This document shows positions 25,614 through 35,711 of a DNA stretch of 64,000 nt, piece by piece. Origin of the DNA: Prolixibacteraceae bacterium UBA1413 (GTDB lineage: Bacteria > Bacteroidota > Bacteroidia > Bacteroidales > Prolixibacteraceae); NCBI GenBank assembly GCA_002304925.1, contig DBPT01000010.1:15615-79614 (forward strand), in the 5' to 3' direction. Position 1 is the first letter of the stretch; the number at the start of each line of letters is the position of its first letter. A program made the translations under genes and the position numbers. Under the pieces are notes generated by a model. That model worked only from the letters and a program-made list of their open reading frames with translations, was not told the origin of the DNA and searched no databases.

Positions 25614-27563
25614 TTAGTTATACAATCCGGTTAATTGGTTTTTAATTTCTTCGCGCAAAAAACCAGCCAATTCGTCTGTTGACATAATTCCCTTGTCTCC
25701 TCCACCCTGCCGGCGCACCGAAACGGTACCGGACTCTACTTCCTTTTCACCCACAATGAGAAGGTACGGGATTCTTTTCAGTTCGTTATCACGTATCTTT
25801 CTGCCTATCTTCTCATTGCGCTCATCTACCACGGCGCGAATATCGGAATTTTTTAACTTATTTGAAACACTAAGAGCGTAGTCGTTGAATTTTTCGCTGA
25901 TGGGCAGAATTACCGCCTGTTCCGGGGTAAGCCAGAGAGGGAATTTCCCTGCCGTATGTTCGATCAGGACAGCCACGAATCTTTCCATGGATCCAAACGG
26001 TGCACGGTGGATCATCACCGGACGGTGCCGTTTGTCATCGGCTCCTGTGTATTCCAGTTCGAAACGTTCCGGAAGATTATAATCCACCTGGATGGTACCC
26101 AGTTGCCAGCTTCTTCCGAGGGCGTCCTTGATCATGAAATCGAGTTTGGGACCGTAAAATGCAGCCTCTCCCATCACGGTAAACGTCTTCAGTCCCTTTT
26201 CGGCACAAGCCTCTACGATGGCCTTTTCAGCCTTATCCCAGTTTTCGGCCGTTCCGATGTATTTCTCCGGTTTTTCAGGATCACGAAGCGAAATCTGCGC
26301 TTTGTAATCGTGAAAATCAAGTGCTTTGAAGATGATAAATACGATGTCGATCACCTTCTTGAACTCCTCTTTCAACTGGTCGGGCCTGCAAAATATGTGG
26401 GCGTCGTCCTGGGTGAATCCCCTGACCCGGGTGAGACCGTGCAATTCGCCGCTTTGTTCGTACCGGTATACCGTTCCGAATTCAGCCATCCGGACTGGCA
26501 GATCTTTGTAAGAATGGGGTTTCGATTTATAGATTTCACAATGGTGAGGGCAATTCATCGGCTTCAGCATATATTCTTCGCCTTCGGCCGGCGTCTTGAT
26601 CACCTGGAAAGAATCTTTCCCGTATTTTTCGTAATGGCCTGAAGTTTTGTACAGGTTAACATCGCCGATGTGCGGGGTGATCACCTGGTCGTATCCGAAA
26701 TCTCGCTGTATTTTTTTCAGGAAATCTTCCAGAAATCCCCTCAGTTGGGCCCCTTTTGGCAGCCACAGCGGCAACCCCAGCCCGACGGCTTCGGAAAAGG
26801 TGAAGAGTTCCATCTCCTTTCCGATTTTGCGATGATCCCTTTTTTTTGCCTCTTCGATCATGGTCAGGTATTCCTCGAGCATCTTCTGTTTGGGGAAGGT
26901 CACTCCGTAAACACGGGTGAGCATCTTGTTCTTTTCATTCCCCCTCCAGTAAGCGCCTGCTATGGAAGTCAGCTTCACAGCTTTGATATAACCGGTGTCG
27001 GGAAGGTGGGGCCCGCGGCACAAATCGGTAAATTTGCCCTGGTTGTAAAGCGTAATGGTGCCGTCTTCCAATTCACTGATCAATTCGGTCTTCAGCAGGT
27101 CCCCCTTTTCTGAAAACATCCTGAGCGCATCTTCCTTGGAAATGTCGGTACGGACAACCGGCTGCTTGTCCCGTGAGAGTTCCAGCATTCTCTTTTCCAG
27201 CTTTTCCAGATCCTTTTCCGACAACTGCGCTCCTTCAGGCAGGTCAATATCATAATAAAATCCCGTTTCCACAGATGGTCCGATGCCAAACCGGGTTCCG
27301 GGGTATGTCTCTTCAATGGCCTGCGCCATCAGGTGGGCCGAAGTATGCCAAAAGGTCTCCTTACCTTCACGGTCTTCCCAGGTGAAGAGCTTTACGGAAG
27401 CATCTGACGTAAGCCCACGGTGGAGGTCCCAAACCTCCCCGTTCACGGAAATACTCAAGACCTCCCTGGCCAACCGGCTTGAAAGAGCTTCCGCTATCTC
27501 AAGCCCAGTAATACCGGCATTGAAATCACGGACTGTTCCATCCGGCAAAGTGATCTTTATCAT
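25614..27563 (-). CDS. thrS: Threonine--tRNA ligase
   Basis: 649 aa with a TGS domain N-terminus ([14 protein letters not shown]), class II core motifs and an anticodon-binding C-terminus. Confidence 0.95.
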   Translation of the reverse strand: MIKITLPDGTVRDFNAGITGLEIAEALSSRLAREVLSISVNGEVWDLHRGLTSDASVKLFTWEDREGKETFWHTSAHLMAQAIEETYPGTRFGIGPSVETGFYYDIDLPEGAQLSEKDLEKLEKRMLELSRDKQPVVRTDISKEDALRMFSEKGDLLKTELISELEDGTITLYNQGKFTDLCRGPHLPDTGYIKAVKLTSIAGAYWRGNEKNKMLTRVYGVTFPKQKMLEEYLTMIEEAKKRDHRKIGKEMELFTFSEAVGLGLPLWLPKGAQLRGFLEDFLKKIQRDFGYDQVITPHIGDVNLYKTSGHYEKYGKDSFQVIKTPAEGEEYMLKPMNCPHHCEIYKSKPHSYKDLPVRMAEFGTVYRYEQSGELHGLTRVRGFTQDDAHIFCRPDQLKEEFKKVIDIVFIIFKALDFHDYKAQISLRDPEKPEKYIGTAENWDKAEKAIVEACAEKGLKTFTVMGEAAFYGPKLDFMIKDALGRSWQLGTIQVDYNLPERFELEYTGADDKRHRPVMIHRAPFGSMERFVAVLIEHTAGKFPLWLTPEQAVILPISEKFNDYALSVSNKLKNSDIRAVVDERNEKIGRKIRDNELKRIPYLLIVGEKEVESGTVSVRRQGGGDKGIMSTDELAGFLREEIKNQLTGLYN

Positions 27564-27593
27564 CGGTTAAAATTCGCTAAAAATTTAAGTGCG

Positions 27594-27601
27594 CAAAGAT
27601 A
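27594..27601 (-). promoter_or_regulatory. Candidate -7 box (TATCTTTG on minus strand) upstream of thrS
   Basis: Plus-strand CAAAGATA lies 31 nt upstream of the thrS ATG. Confidence 0.35.
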
Positions 27602-27750
27602 ATACTTTCATATCAAACAATATAAATTGCCCCATCTTTTTAAGTCCCTTAACAGAATAATAATTCCTGCCTTCGGATCTTCCTCCTCAAAGCGCCCTTC
27701 GCGATGAGAAAATTGCAATTTTTAGTTTATTTTGCGTTATAATCAAAAAA

Positions 27751-29958
27751 ATGGCCGGAATGAGAAGCATTCGTTTTTTTATTATCCTTTTAACAGCCTT
27801 GCTGGTTATTTCACCGGCGGAAGCCCAAAAAACCATCACTTTTGATGATCTCTTCAAAAACCGGACGTTCAGCCCGAATCCCCTGCCCGGATTGAGATCC
27901 ATGAACGATGGAAAGCATTACACCATGCTGGTGGACGGATCACAGATCGTCAAATACAAATACGAGAACGGCGAAAAAGTGGCTGTCCTTCTAGATGTCA
28001 GAAAAGTCGAAGACTCCCCGGTCAACCGGTTTTCAGCATACGAATTCAGTGCCGACGAGACCCGGATTTTGCTGACCACTTCCGTCGACCCCATTTACCG
28101 TCATTCGTTTACTGCCCTATATTATATATGGAATTCGGTAACAGAGGAACTCATGCCCCTTTCCGAGAAGGGCAGGCAGCAGCTGGCCACTTTCTCGCCC
28201 GATGGGGAAAGGGTAGCCTTTGTAAGGGATAACAATCTTTTTATCAAAAACCTGAAATTCGGCACGGAAAGCCAGGTGACCTTTGACGGCGAAAGAAACA
28301 AAGTCATCAATGGGGCTCCCGACTGGGTGTATGAAGAGGAATTCGGTTTTAACAAAGCTTTTGCCTGGTCCCCCGACAGCAGGTTTCTGGCTTACATCAG
28401 GTTTGACGAATCGGAAGTCAGGGAATTCAGCATGACCCTTTTCCAGTCTGGACAACCGGGAAAGGAAACCAGTCCGGCCTATCCACGTGTCGAAACCTTC
28501 AAATATCCGCGTCCTGGGGAAAAGAATTCACTGGTGACTGTAAGGATATATGATGTAAGGTCCAAAGCCAATATTCTGGCGGATACCGGTAAGGAGACCG
28601 ACATTTACATTCCGCGCATCCGGTGGGTTCCCGACGGATCGAGTCTGGCCATCATGCGGATGAACAGGCAGCAGAACCGCCTTGACCTTTTGTATGTGAA
28701 CCCGTATACGGGAGACTCCCGGATTGTGTTCACCGAAAAGAACGACCGCTTCGTGGATGAGGATTTCCTTGACAAACTGACCTATTTGGAGGATGGGCAG
28801 TTTGTGGTGACCAGCGAGCGCAACGGCTATGCCCATCTTTACCTGCATGACAAAGATGGATTTGAGAGCAGGCAACTGACTAACGGGCAATATGACGTGA
28901 CGGCCTTTTACGGGTACGATCCGGTGCGGAAACGCTTTTATTACCAGGCGGCGGAATCCCCCATGGGGAGGGAGGTCTGTTTTGTCAGCAGTGACGGAAA
29001 GAAAAAGGGGAAACTTTCAGCGGTTTCCGGAACCAACCGGGCTGCATTCAGCCGTAATTTCAGTTATTATATCAACGAGTACACCAACCTGTCCACCCCA
29101 ATGGTAACGACGGTACACGACTGGACGGGGAAGCAGATCAGGATTCTGGAAGACAACAGCCGACTCAGGCAAAAACTGACGGAATATCGGATACCCCTGA
29201 AGGAATTTTTCAGTTTCACCACTTCCGAAGGGGTAGTATTAAACGGATGGATGATAAAGCCCCCTGCTACGACCCCGGAAGGCAGGTTCCCCGTGGTGAT
29301 CACCCAGTACAGCGGTCCTAACAGCCAGCAGGTCACTGATACCTGGAGCGTGGGGTGGAATGAATACCTCGCCCAGGAAGGCTTTCTGGTGGTCTGTGTC
29401 GATCCCCGGGGAACAGGGGCCCGCGGAGAGGATTTCAGGAAAGTCACCTATATGCAATTGGGGAAATATGAGTCGGACGACATGGTGGAGACCGCCCGCT
29501 ATCTGGCGCGGCAGCCCTTTGTCGATGCCGGCAACATCGCCATCTGGGGATGGAGTTACGGAGGTTTCATGACAGCCCTCGCCATGGCAAAAGGGGGCAC
29601 CCTCTTTAAAGCCGGCATTGCCGTGGCCCCTGTCACCAACTGGCGTTTTTACGATAACATTTATACGGAAAGGTATATGCGTACCCCGGAAGAAAATCCC
29701 GGTGGCTATGATCAGAATTCTCCTGTCACCCATGCCGACAAGATCACCGGCCGGCTGCTGATTGTCCATGGTTCGGCCGACGACAACGTCCACGTCCAGA
29801 ATACCATGACCTTCGCTGAGGCGCTGGTCCAGGCCGGCGTTCCTTTCGATATGGCCGTTTATACCGATAAGAACCATGGCATCCGCGGGGGAAATACAAC
29901 CATGCACCTTTATCGGAAAATGGAGGATTTTCTCAAAAATAACCTGATGAACCGGTGA
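27751..29958 (+). CDS. Dipeptidyl-peptidase IV (S9B serine peptidase)
   Basis: 735 aa. Signal peptide, DPP-IV N-terminal beta-propeller region, GWSYGG nucleophile motif, and C-terminal Asp/His region (HGSADDNV ... NHG). Confidence 0.9.
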   Translation: MAGMRSIRFFIILLTALLVISPAEAQKTITFDDLFKNRTFSPNPLPGLRSMNDGKHYTMLVDGSQIVKYKYENGEKVAVLLDVRKVEDSPVNRFSAYEFSADETRILLTTSVDPIYRHSFTALYYIWNSVTEELMPLSEKGRQQLATFSPDGERVAFVRDNNLFIKNLKFGTESQVTFDGERNKVINGAPDWVYEEEFGFNKAFAWSPDSRFLAYIRFDESEVREFSMTLFQSGQPGKETSPAYPRVETFKYPRPGEKNSLVTVRIYDVRSKANILADTGKETDIYIPRIRWVPDGSSLAIMRMNRQQNRLDLLYVNPYTGDSRIVFTEKNDRFVDEDFLDKLTYLEDGQFVVTSERNGYAHLYLHDKDGFESRQLTNGQYDVTAFYGYDPVRKRFYYQAAESPMGREVCFVSSDGKKKGKLSAVSGTNRAAFSRNFSYYINEYTNLSTPMVTTVHDWTGKQIRILEDNSRLRQKLTEYRIPLKEFFSFTTSEGVVLNGWMIKPPATTPEGRFPVVITQYSGPNSQQVTDTWSVGWNEYLAQEGFLVVCVDPRGTGARGEDFRKVTYMQLGKYESDDMVETARYLARQPFVDAGNIAIWGWSYGGFMTALAMAKGGTLFKAGIAVAPVTNWRFYDNIYTERYMRTPEENPGGYDQNSPVTHADKITGRLLIVHGSADDNVHVQNTMTFAEALVQAGVPFDMAVYTDKNHGIRGGNTTMHLYRKMEDFLKNNLMNR

Positions 29959-30000
29959 CCTGACTCAGGTGAACTACTTCCGATCTCGGAAGGCGGAGTT

Positions 30001-30768
30001 TTAAAATTCGATATCAAACCGGTCTCGGTCATTGAGTACAGGGAATTTTTTCCTGAATTTTTTCAATTCTTCCAGGTTCAGGGTAAAAGTTCGGGACGTT
30101 TCCTGATCGCCCAGCCAGGAGGTATCCCCCCGGGGTGTTATCACAGCAGAATCTCCCGTGTGGCTGATTCCTTTTCCGTCGATTCCGACGCGGTTCACTC
30201 CGGCGCAATAGCATTGGTTTTCCAGGGCTCTTGCCTTCAGCAGGCTCTTCCATACCTGATGCCGGGCCGTAGGCCAGTTGGCGAGGTAAACCAAAAGGTC
30301 GTAATCGTCGTGGTTGCGGGCCCAAACCGGAAAACGAAGGTCATAACATACCAGCAGCCTGATTTTCCATCCTTTCCATTCCACGGTTACCCGTTGTTTC
30401 CCCGGGGAGTAATGGTGATGCTCCTCCCCCATGGTAAAAAGGTGGTGTTTGTCGTACCATTGAAGTTTTCCATCGGGACGAGCCCATACCAGCCGGTTAT
30501 AAAAGCGCCCTGCTTCCCGGGCAATAAGGCTCCCTGCCACTACCGACTGCAAGGCTGACGCCCTTTCCATCATCCAGGTCACTGTCATACCGCTCATATT
30601 TTCGGCAAGTTCTTCAACATCCATGGAAAAACCCGTGGAGAACATCTCCGGAAGCAAAACAACATCGCTTTCGGGCTGGTTTTCCATCAAACCCGATATT
30701 CTTCTGAGGTTAACCTCTTTTTTCTTCCATTCCGGATTCGTCTGAATCAGCGTTACTTTCAGTTCCAT
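30001..30768 (-). CDS. Carbon-nitrogen hydrolase (omega-amidase/YafV-like)
   Basis: Start chosen at MELKVTLIQTNPEW. Contains LPEMF (Glu), and LLVCYDLRFP (catalytic Cys). Confidence 0.8.
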   Translation of the reverse strand: MELKVTLIQTNPEWKKKEVNLRRISGLMENQPESDVVLLPEMFSTGFSMDVEELAENMSGMTVTWMMERASALQSVVAGSLIAREAGRFYNRLVWARPDGKLQWYDKHHLFTMGEEHHHYSPGKQRVTVEWKGWKIRLLVCYDLRFPVWARNHDDYDLLVYLANWPTARHQVWKSLLKARALENQCYCAGVNRVGIDGKGISHTGDSAVITPRGDTSWLGDQETSRTFTLNLEELKKFRKKFPVLNDRDRFDIEF

Positions 30769-30834
30769 CGCTCCGTTTTTTTCATTACGCATGACGATTG
30801 AAAGAGCATTGAATTCCCATGAGTACATTGACTA

Positions 30835-30965
30835 CATCCGTTCTTTGTGCCAGGCATGCATTAATGCCAGGTCTCTGCTTATGGCAGATCAGGTGCTGAA
30901 ACCCGCCGAGCGCATCCCGATTTTCCGGGATTGGTTTCCCCGCTGCCCTGCGGCGGGAAGTTCAA
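30835..30965 (+). repeat. Intergenic ~131-nt repeat, copy B (paired with 10079-10210)
   Basis: Same orientation on the plus strand as copy A, although the neighbouring genes here are on the minus strand. The overlapping ORFs in the two copies use different frames. Confidence 0.8.
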
Positions 30966-31003
30966 ATGATCCGCCGACTGGCACAAAAGACGGCTGAATG
31001 ACT

Positions 31004-31558
31004 TTACTCTTCTGCCGTGTAGAGTTCGGGATGTTTCCCCGTAAGTCCTTTGCTGCGGTAAAAACCTTTCATCCGGCTGACGTCGGCCTGTGCATCCCCG
31101 GTCAGGGGGAAGATTTCAAACCAGCCTACTTCTTTTCTTCCCCAGTCAAAATATCCGAGATAAACGTCGGCACCTGTCATCCTGGCGATGGTGTGGAATC
31201 CTGCTTTCCAGTTTTTGGTCCGCTGCCGGGTACCTTCCGGGGCAATGGCCAGGTGAAACTTTTCATGGACTGCAAATGCCTCAACGGTCTGTCTGAGCAA
31301 TGTGGCCCCCCGGGACCTGTCGACAGGAACAGCTCCGAGGCTTTTCAGCAGACTTCCCAGAGGCCAGAAAAACATCTCTTTTTTGATCATGACGCGGGCT
31401 CGTCCTCCCACAGAGGTATAGTAGAGCCACGAAATCACAAAATCCCACATGCTGGTATGGGGAACCCCGATGATGATGGCCTTGTCGGAAGGCACCACTC
31501 CCGCAGTTACTCTCCATCCCATCAGCCTGAGCAATGTGCCGCACAATTTTCTCTTCAT
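31004..31558 (-). CDS. 1-acyl-sn-glycerol-3-phosphate acyltransferase family protein
   Basis: 184 aa with the HTSMWD (HxxxxD) acyltransferase motif and PEGTR. Overlaps the upstream gene by 4 nt. Confidence 0.8.
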   Translation of the reverse strand: MKRKLCGTLLRLMGWRVTAGVVPSDKAIIIGVPHTSMWDFVISWLYYTSVGGRARVMIKKEMFFWPLGSLLKSLGAVPVDRSRGATLLRQTVEAFAVHEKFHLAIAPEGTRQRTKNWKAGFHTIARMTGADVYLGYFDWGRKEVGWFEIFPLTGDAQADVSRMKGFYRSKGLTGKHPELYTAEE

Positions 31559-32220
31559 CCTTCTGTAATATTTGTTTCCATATTGGAGGCCCCGGCATAT
31601 TTCCCAAGCAACTGAATGCTGAGTCGGGCGGCTTCATCCATCTTTCCGGAGTTGCCGAAGCCGATGATGATCATCAGAAACCTGCGCGTGGAGGGGTCCA
31701 CCCCGGTGCGCTCAGAGTCACTGGTAGGACTTCCGAAGGCCCCCAGGTTGTCCCGAAAGACGGGCAACCCTTCGATGTTCAGGTCACCCCTGCCAAGACC
31801 CCGGTAAGGTTCCCCCGGCTTCCCAATGCCCATGTGAATTTCACCCTCTATTTTCCCGGCATCGTATCCTCCGATGGAGAACCCGGTGCTCAACGATACC
31901 AGATTCAGTAAATCAACAACATTGCCGATACGGTACAACTCCTCCCCTTTGACGATTCGCCGCAACAGCGCCTCAGCCGAGAGACGGTAACGAGCGGGAT
32001 CTTTGCCGCAGGCTTTGTAGGCCGACCGGGAAGCCCTGATGGCCGGCAAGGCACTGATATCTTCCAGTTTCAGAGAGCAACGCAACTCCCGGCACTTCTC
32101 CTCTATCATTTCCAATAACGGGGCCGGACTTTCTTCGGGAGTCACATCACATTCAATGCAGTATAACCGGATCCCGGGTACTCTGGCTTTTAACTCATCA
32201 TCAATACTTGCAAAAATCAT
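31555..32220 (-). CDS. B3/B4 tRNA-binding-domain protein (PheT-related)
   Basis: 221 aa. The pattern ...RYRLSAEALLRRIVKGEELYRIGNVVDLLNLVSLSTGFSIGGYD... matches the B3_4 domain from memory. Confidence 0.65.
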   Translation of the reverse strand: MIFASIDDELKARVPGIRLYCIECDVTPEESPAPLLEMIEEKCRELRCSLKLEDISALPAIRASRSAYKACGKDPARYRLSAEALLRRIVKGEELYRIGNVVDLLNLVSLSTGFSIGGYDAGKIEGEIHMGIGKPGEPYRGLGRGDLNIEGLPVFRDNLGAFGSPTSDSERTGVDPSTRRFLMIIIGFGNSGKMDEAARLSIQLLGKYAGASNMETNITEG

Positions 32221-32261
32221 ATCAGGCTTTTATTACCGGCATGGTGCCTCAGGAAAAATCA

Positions 32262-32292
32262 ATGCAAAAAAAACAGGCTTTTCGCCTGTTTT
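32262..32292 (-). terminator. Intrinsic terminator after the DUF2795 gene
   Basis: Stem AAAACAGGC / GCCTGTTTT followed by a U-run on the minus strand. Confidence 0.75.
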
Positions 32293-32299
32293 CATATTC

Positions 32300-32527
32300 T
32301 TAATATTCGTCTTCATTAAAGAAAAAATCATCCTTACTCGGATAATCGGGCCAGATATCCTCAATGCTTTCATACATCTCACCCTCATCTTCTATCTCCT
32401 GAAGGTTTTCGATAACTTCAAGGGGAGCGCCAGAGCGAATGGCAAAATCTATCAGTTCATCCTTGGTTGCCGGCCAGGGAGCATCTTCCAGTTTTGATGC
32501 TAATTCGAGAGTCCAATACATATTCAT
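32300..32527 (-). CDS. DUF2795-like small acidic protein
   Basis: 75 aa. The pattern ...APWPATKDELIDFAIRSGAPLEVIENLQEI... resembles DUF2795 from memory. Confidence 0.6.
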   Translation of the reverse strand: MNMYWTLELASKLEDAPWPATKDELIDFAIRSGAPLEVIENLQEIEDEGEMYESIEDIWPDYPSKDDFFFNEDEY

Positions 32528-32650
32528 TGATAATTAAGAGGTTACAAAAGCCTGCTTCAAAATTTCCGCGAATATACAAAATAAGATATTACGTAAGAAG
32601 TACAATGCTCTTTTTTTAATAAAAAAACGACCCCTGCAAATAGCAGGCCA

Positions 32651-33778
32651 TTATTCCGAATAATAGGACTTCTTGAACTCTATGTATTCCTGGATGATAA
32701 AATCCTTTACCGGTTCCCAGAGATTGACAACATCACCGGTGACGGCAAAGACTTTTCCGTGGTTTTTATCTGCAATATTGTTCATTTGGGCGAAATTCCC
32801 CATAAAATTCTTAACATCCACGCATGCATCGGCCAGTTGTTGAAGGTTGACCGTTTCCGATTTCTCCAGGATGGTCAGAAAACGGATCAGAATTTTACTG
32901 TTGTTTTGTCCCGACCGTTTAAACCATTTCGGAACCCTGTTCTTCACCTTTTCTATTTCACTTTTTACTTTTCCGTTCTCATCGCCATGGACAAACTCTT
33001 TTTCTGCGACAGGTTCCCGGAAAAAGTCCAGGCTGGTATTGTCGGGCAGGTTTGTCTCAACTCCGCCATCTGGTTGCCTGTCACCTTTCCCCTGGTCCTT
33101 CTCCCTTTGTTTTCCCTCCAGCCCCGAATGCGGTTCCGAAGATTCTGACGGCTCTTCATTTTCCGAGGTGTAAGCCGTCAAAAGTTTGAAGGATCTGAGG
33201 AACAATTCACTGGTGTCAAACTGGTCATGGGTGCAATCCAGGGTGCCCATCAACACCTGGTCCCTGAAATCCTCGTTCGAAAGGTAAATGAATTCAGCCT
33301 GTTCCGACGTGAAATCTTCCTTCAGGATCTTGAAATAATTACGGATGACATCTTCTGTCGGACCGGTCACCTTTGGGGAGCAATACATCAAAACATGTTT
33401 CTGACCGGGAAAGTAACAGATCAGAGCAAGATAGGCTCTCAGCAGGTTTTTGATAACCCTGTTGCGCGTATCAGTTTTGGAGCCGAAGTTGATGCCATAT
33501 TCGTGAAAAGTAACGTTGGCAGCATAAACCGTGTTCTCCTGGTCAAGTCCCAGCACATCGATTTCTGTTTGAAGGACGGTAGGTTCAAAGGGTGTTTTAA
33601 AAATTTCTGTAAATGCACGGTGTCGCTGAATCCTGTCGAACTCCCTTTTGGCCTTTTCATTCATCGCACCTTCCACCGGCCAGTTCACTGATGGTTTCCA
33701 TCCTGCCTGCACGATATGACAACCCACAACGTGCCGCAGATAACTGTTTACCAAAGATTCACCAATGTCGATTTTCAT
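32651..33778 (-). CDS. Hypothetical protein (possible degenerate YraN/PD-(D/E)xK-like N-domain, acidic linker, unknown C-domain)
   Basis: 375-aa ORF with its own intergenic flanks. I recognise no clear family motif. Confidence 0.6.
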   Translation of the reverse strand: MKIDIGESLVNSYLRHVVGCHIVQAGWKPSVNWPVEGAMNEKAKREFDRIQRHRAFTEIFKTPFEPTVLQTEIDVLGLDQENTVYAANVTFHEYGINFGSKTDTRNRVIKNLLRAYLALICYFPGQKHVLMYCSPKVTGPTEDVIRNYFKILKEDFTSEQAEFIYLSNEDFRDQVLMGTLDCTHDQFDTSELFLRSFKLLTAYTSENEEPSESSEPHSGLEGKQREKDQGKGDRQPDGGVETNLPDNTSLDFFREPVAEKEFVHGDENGKVKSEIEKVKNRVPKWFKRSGQNNSKILIRFLTILEKSETVNLQQLADACVDVKNFMGNFAQMNNIADKNHGKVFAVTGDVVNLWEPVKDFIIQEYIEFKKSYYSE

Positions 33779-33846
33779 AGATTCTTTATTTTAAACGTTC
33801 GTTTAAGAACGAAAACATACAAAGACAATTAGCCGGAAAACGAAGA

Positions 33847-34413
33847 TTAATCCTTTGCTTCCAACGGTTTCCAGGGCACTTCCGCGATGCCAGTGTCACG
33901 GCCAGTTTTTCGGGACAATACGAAAAGAAAGTCAGAGAGCCGGTTAACATAGCGAATGATAACATCGTCGACTTCCGTGGTTTCTGCCAGTTGGACGATT
34001 CTCCGTTCGGCCCGTCTGCATACTGTCCGGGCGATGTGACAATACCCCACAAGAGCGGAACCCCCCGGAAGGATAAAACTCTGCAGGGGGTCTAATTCCA
34101 TATCAAAGGCATCAATGGCATTTTCCAACCGAAGGATCTCTTCCCGGGTGATATTCAGGTTCCCGGAGATCTGTTTTCCCTTTTCATCGGAAGCCAGCTT
34201 CGATCCGCAAATAAAAAGGTTACTTTGCACTGCGTACAATAAATCCTTGACTTCCGTGTCATCTGTCACTGACCTGATCAGTCCGAGCCATGAATTCAGT
34301 TCATCGATGGTCCCGTAGGCCTCAAGCCTCATTTCGCTTTTTTTCACCCGGGTACCCCCGACCAGACCTGTTGTCCCGTCATCCCCGGTTTTGGTGTATA
34401 TTTTGGACTTCAT
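33847..34413 (-). CDS. PduO-type ATP:cob(I)alamin adenosyltransferase
   Basis: 188 aa. IYTKTGDDGTTGLVGGTRVKKSEMRLEAYGTIDELNS is the hallmark N-terminus. Confidence 0.9.
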   Translation of the reverse strand: MKSKIYTKTGDDGTTGLVGGTRVKKSEMRLEAYGTIDELNSWLGLIRSVTDDTEVKDLLYAVQSNLFICGSKLASDEKGKQISGNLNITREEILRLENAIDAFDMELDPLQSFILPGGSALVGYCHIARTVCRRAERRIVQLAETTEVDDVIIRYVNRLSDFLFVLSRKTGRDTGIAEVPWKPLEAKD

Positions 34414-34422
34414 ACCTTCAGA

Positions 34423-35130
34423 TTAATAGATCGGGTTTGGATTTTCTACATCCGATTCAATTTCGCCATCTTTGAGTTTAATGATCCGGTGTGCATGGCG
34501 TGCAATATCCTCTTCGTGGGTGACCATCAGCAAGGTATTTCCCTTACTGTGAATTTCGGCAAACAGTTTCATGATCTCTTCCGAAATTTTCGAGTCGAGG
34601 TTTCCTGTCGGTTCATCGGCAAGGAGGAGCGAAGGTTTGTTTACCAGGGCCCTGGCAATGGCCACCCTTTGCCGCTGTCCGCCCGAAAGTTCATTGGGTT
34701 TGTGTTCCACCCGGTCGCCAAGCCCCACATCTTCCAGCATTTTCAAGGCCATTTCACGCCTGGTTTGTTTATTCTCACCGGCATAGATCAGGGGAAGCAT
34801 CACGTTTTCCAACGCTGAATTTCTGGGCAGGAGATTGAAAACCTGAAAAACAAACCCGATCTCGCGGTTCCTGATTGCTGCCAACTGGCGGTCACTCATA
34901 CTGCTCACCTCAGTACCGTTCAGGAGATAATTCCCGCTTGTCGGCGTATCCAGGCACCCTATGATATTCATCAACGTTGATTTCCCAGATCCCGAAGCCC
35001 CCATAACGGCAACGTATTCACCTTTGTATATGTCGAGCGTTACCGCCCGCAATGCCTTTACAACCGAAGGCCCTACCTTGTAATGCTTGACAATCTTGTC
35101 AAGACGGATCACTTTATGCATTAACAACAT
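34423..35130 (-). CDS. ABC transporter ATP-binding protein (LolD/MacB-type)
   Basis: Walker [10 protein letters not shown], signature [15 protein letters not shown] and Walker B LLLADEPT. The start is at 35130 or 35121. The longer listed ORF would overlap the upstream gene. Confidence 0.9.
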   Translation of the reverse strand: MLLMHKVIRLDKIVKHYKVGPSVVKALRAVTLDIYKGEYVAVMGASGSGKSTLMNIIGCLDTPTSGNYLLNGTEVSSMSDRQLAAIRNREIGFVFQVFNLLPRNSALENVMLPLIYAGENKQTRREMALKMLEDVGLGDRVEHKPNELSGGQRQRVAIARALVNKPSLLLADEPTGNLDSKISEEIMKLFAEIHSKGNTLLMVTHEEDIARHAHRIIKLKDGEIESDVENPNPIY

Positions 35131-35138
35131 GCTCTTTA

Positions 35139-35678
35139 TCAGAAACAATGGAACCGTTTGACAACATAATCCTGTTTCCGGAATTTCCAACTGAAAACAA
35201 TAATAGCTGTGTTTTTTACTTCAATGGTGAGGGGGACATCTTTAGAAAGGCGCAATTTATCAAATAATCTTTTCATTTCAAAATTTCCACAATTCCGGAG
35301 GATCCAGCAGGCCTCCTCACCATAAGCAGGAATATCCTCCGGGAAGGCAGCCGGAGAGGCGGAAATAATCATCTCCCTGACATTCCCCGCTCCTGTTTCC
35401 TCTGGAAGCGATGAAAGAACAGGAATTTCCGGGAAAAAGGTTCTTAACAGGAGGGTCTCCTCCTCTTTTCCGGAAAAAATAATCCTCTCGGGGCGGAAAT
35501 GATCCGTCAGCCGGACGATGGTCCGGAGTTCCCTTCTCCTTTGGGAATTTATCGGAAATGAAAGGAGAACCTTATTCCGGAGGGGATCATGTTTCCCGAA
35601 AAGGACCCTGGTAACCAAATGATAAACATATGGGGAGTGGATTCCGAATCCCAGAGGATTGCTGCGGATGGTTTTCAT
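35139..35678 (-). CDS. Hypothetical protein
   Basis: 179-aa ORF tightly packed upstream of the ABC ATPase gene. No recognisable motif. Confidence 0.5.
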   Translation of the reverse strand: MKTIRSNPLGFGIHSPYVYHLVTRVLFGKHDPLRNKVLLSFPINSQRRRELRTIVRLTDHFRPERIIFSGKEEETLLLRTFFPEIPVLSSLPEETGAGNVREMIISASPAAFPEDIPAYGEEACWILRNCGNFEMKRLFDKLRLSKDVPLTIEVKNTAIIVFSWKFRKQDYVVKRFHCF

Positions 35679-35711
35679 CGAATTGACGACAGTTTGCTAT
35701 CTTTGTGGTTG

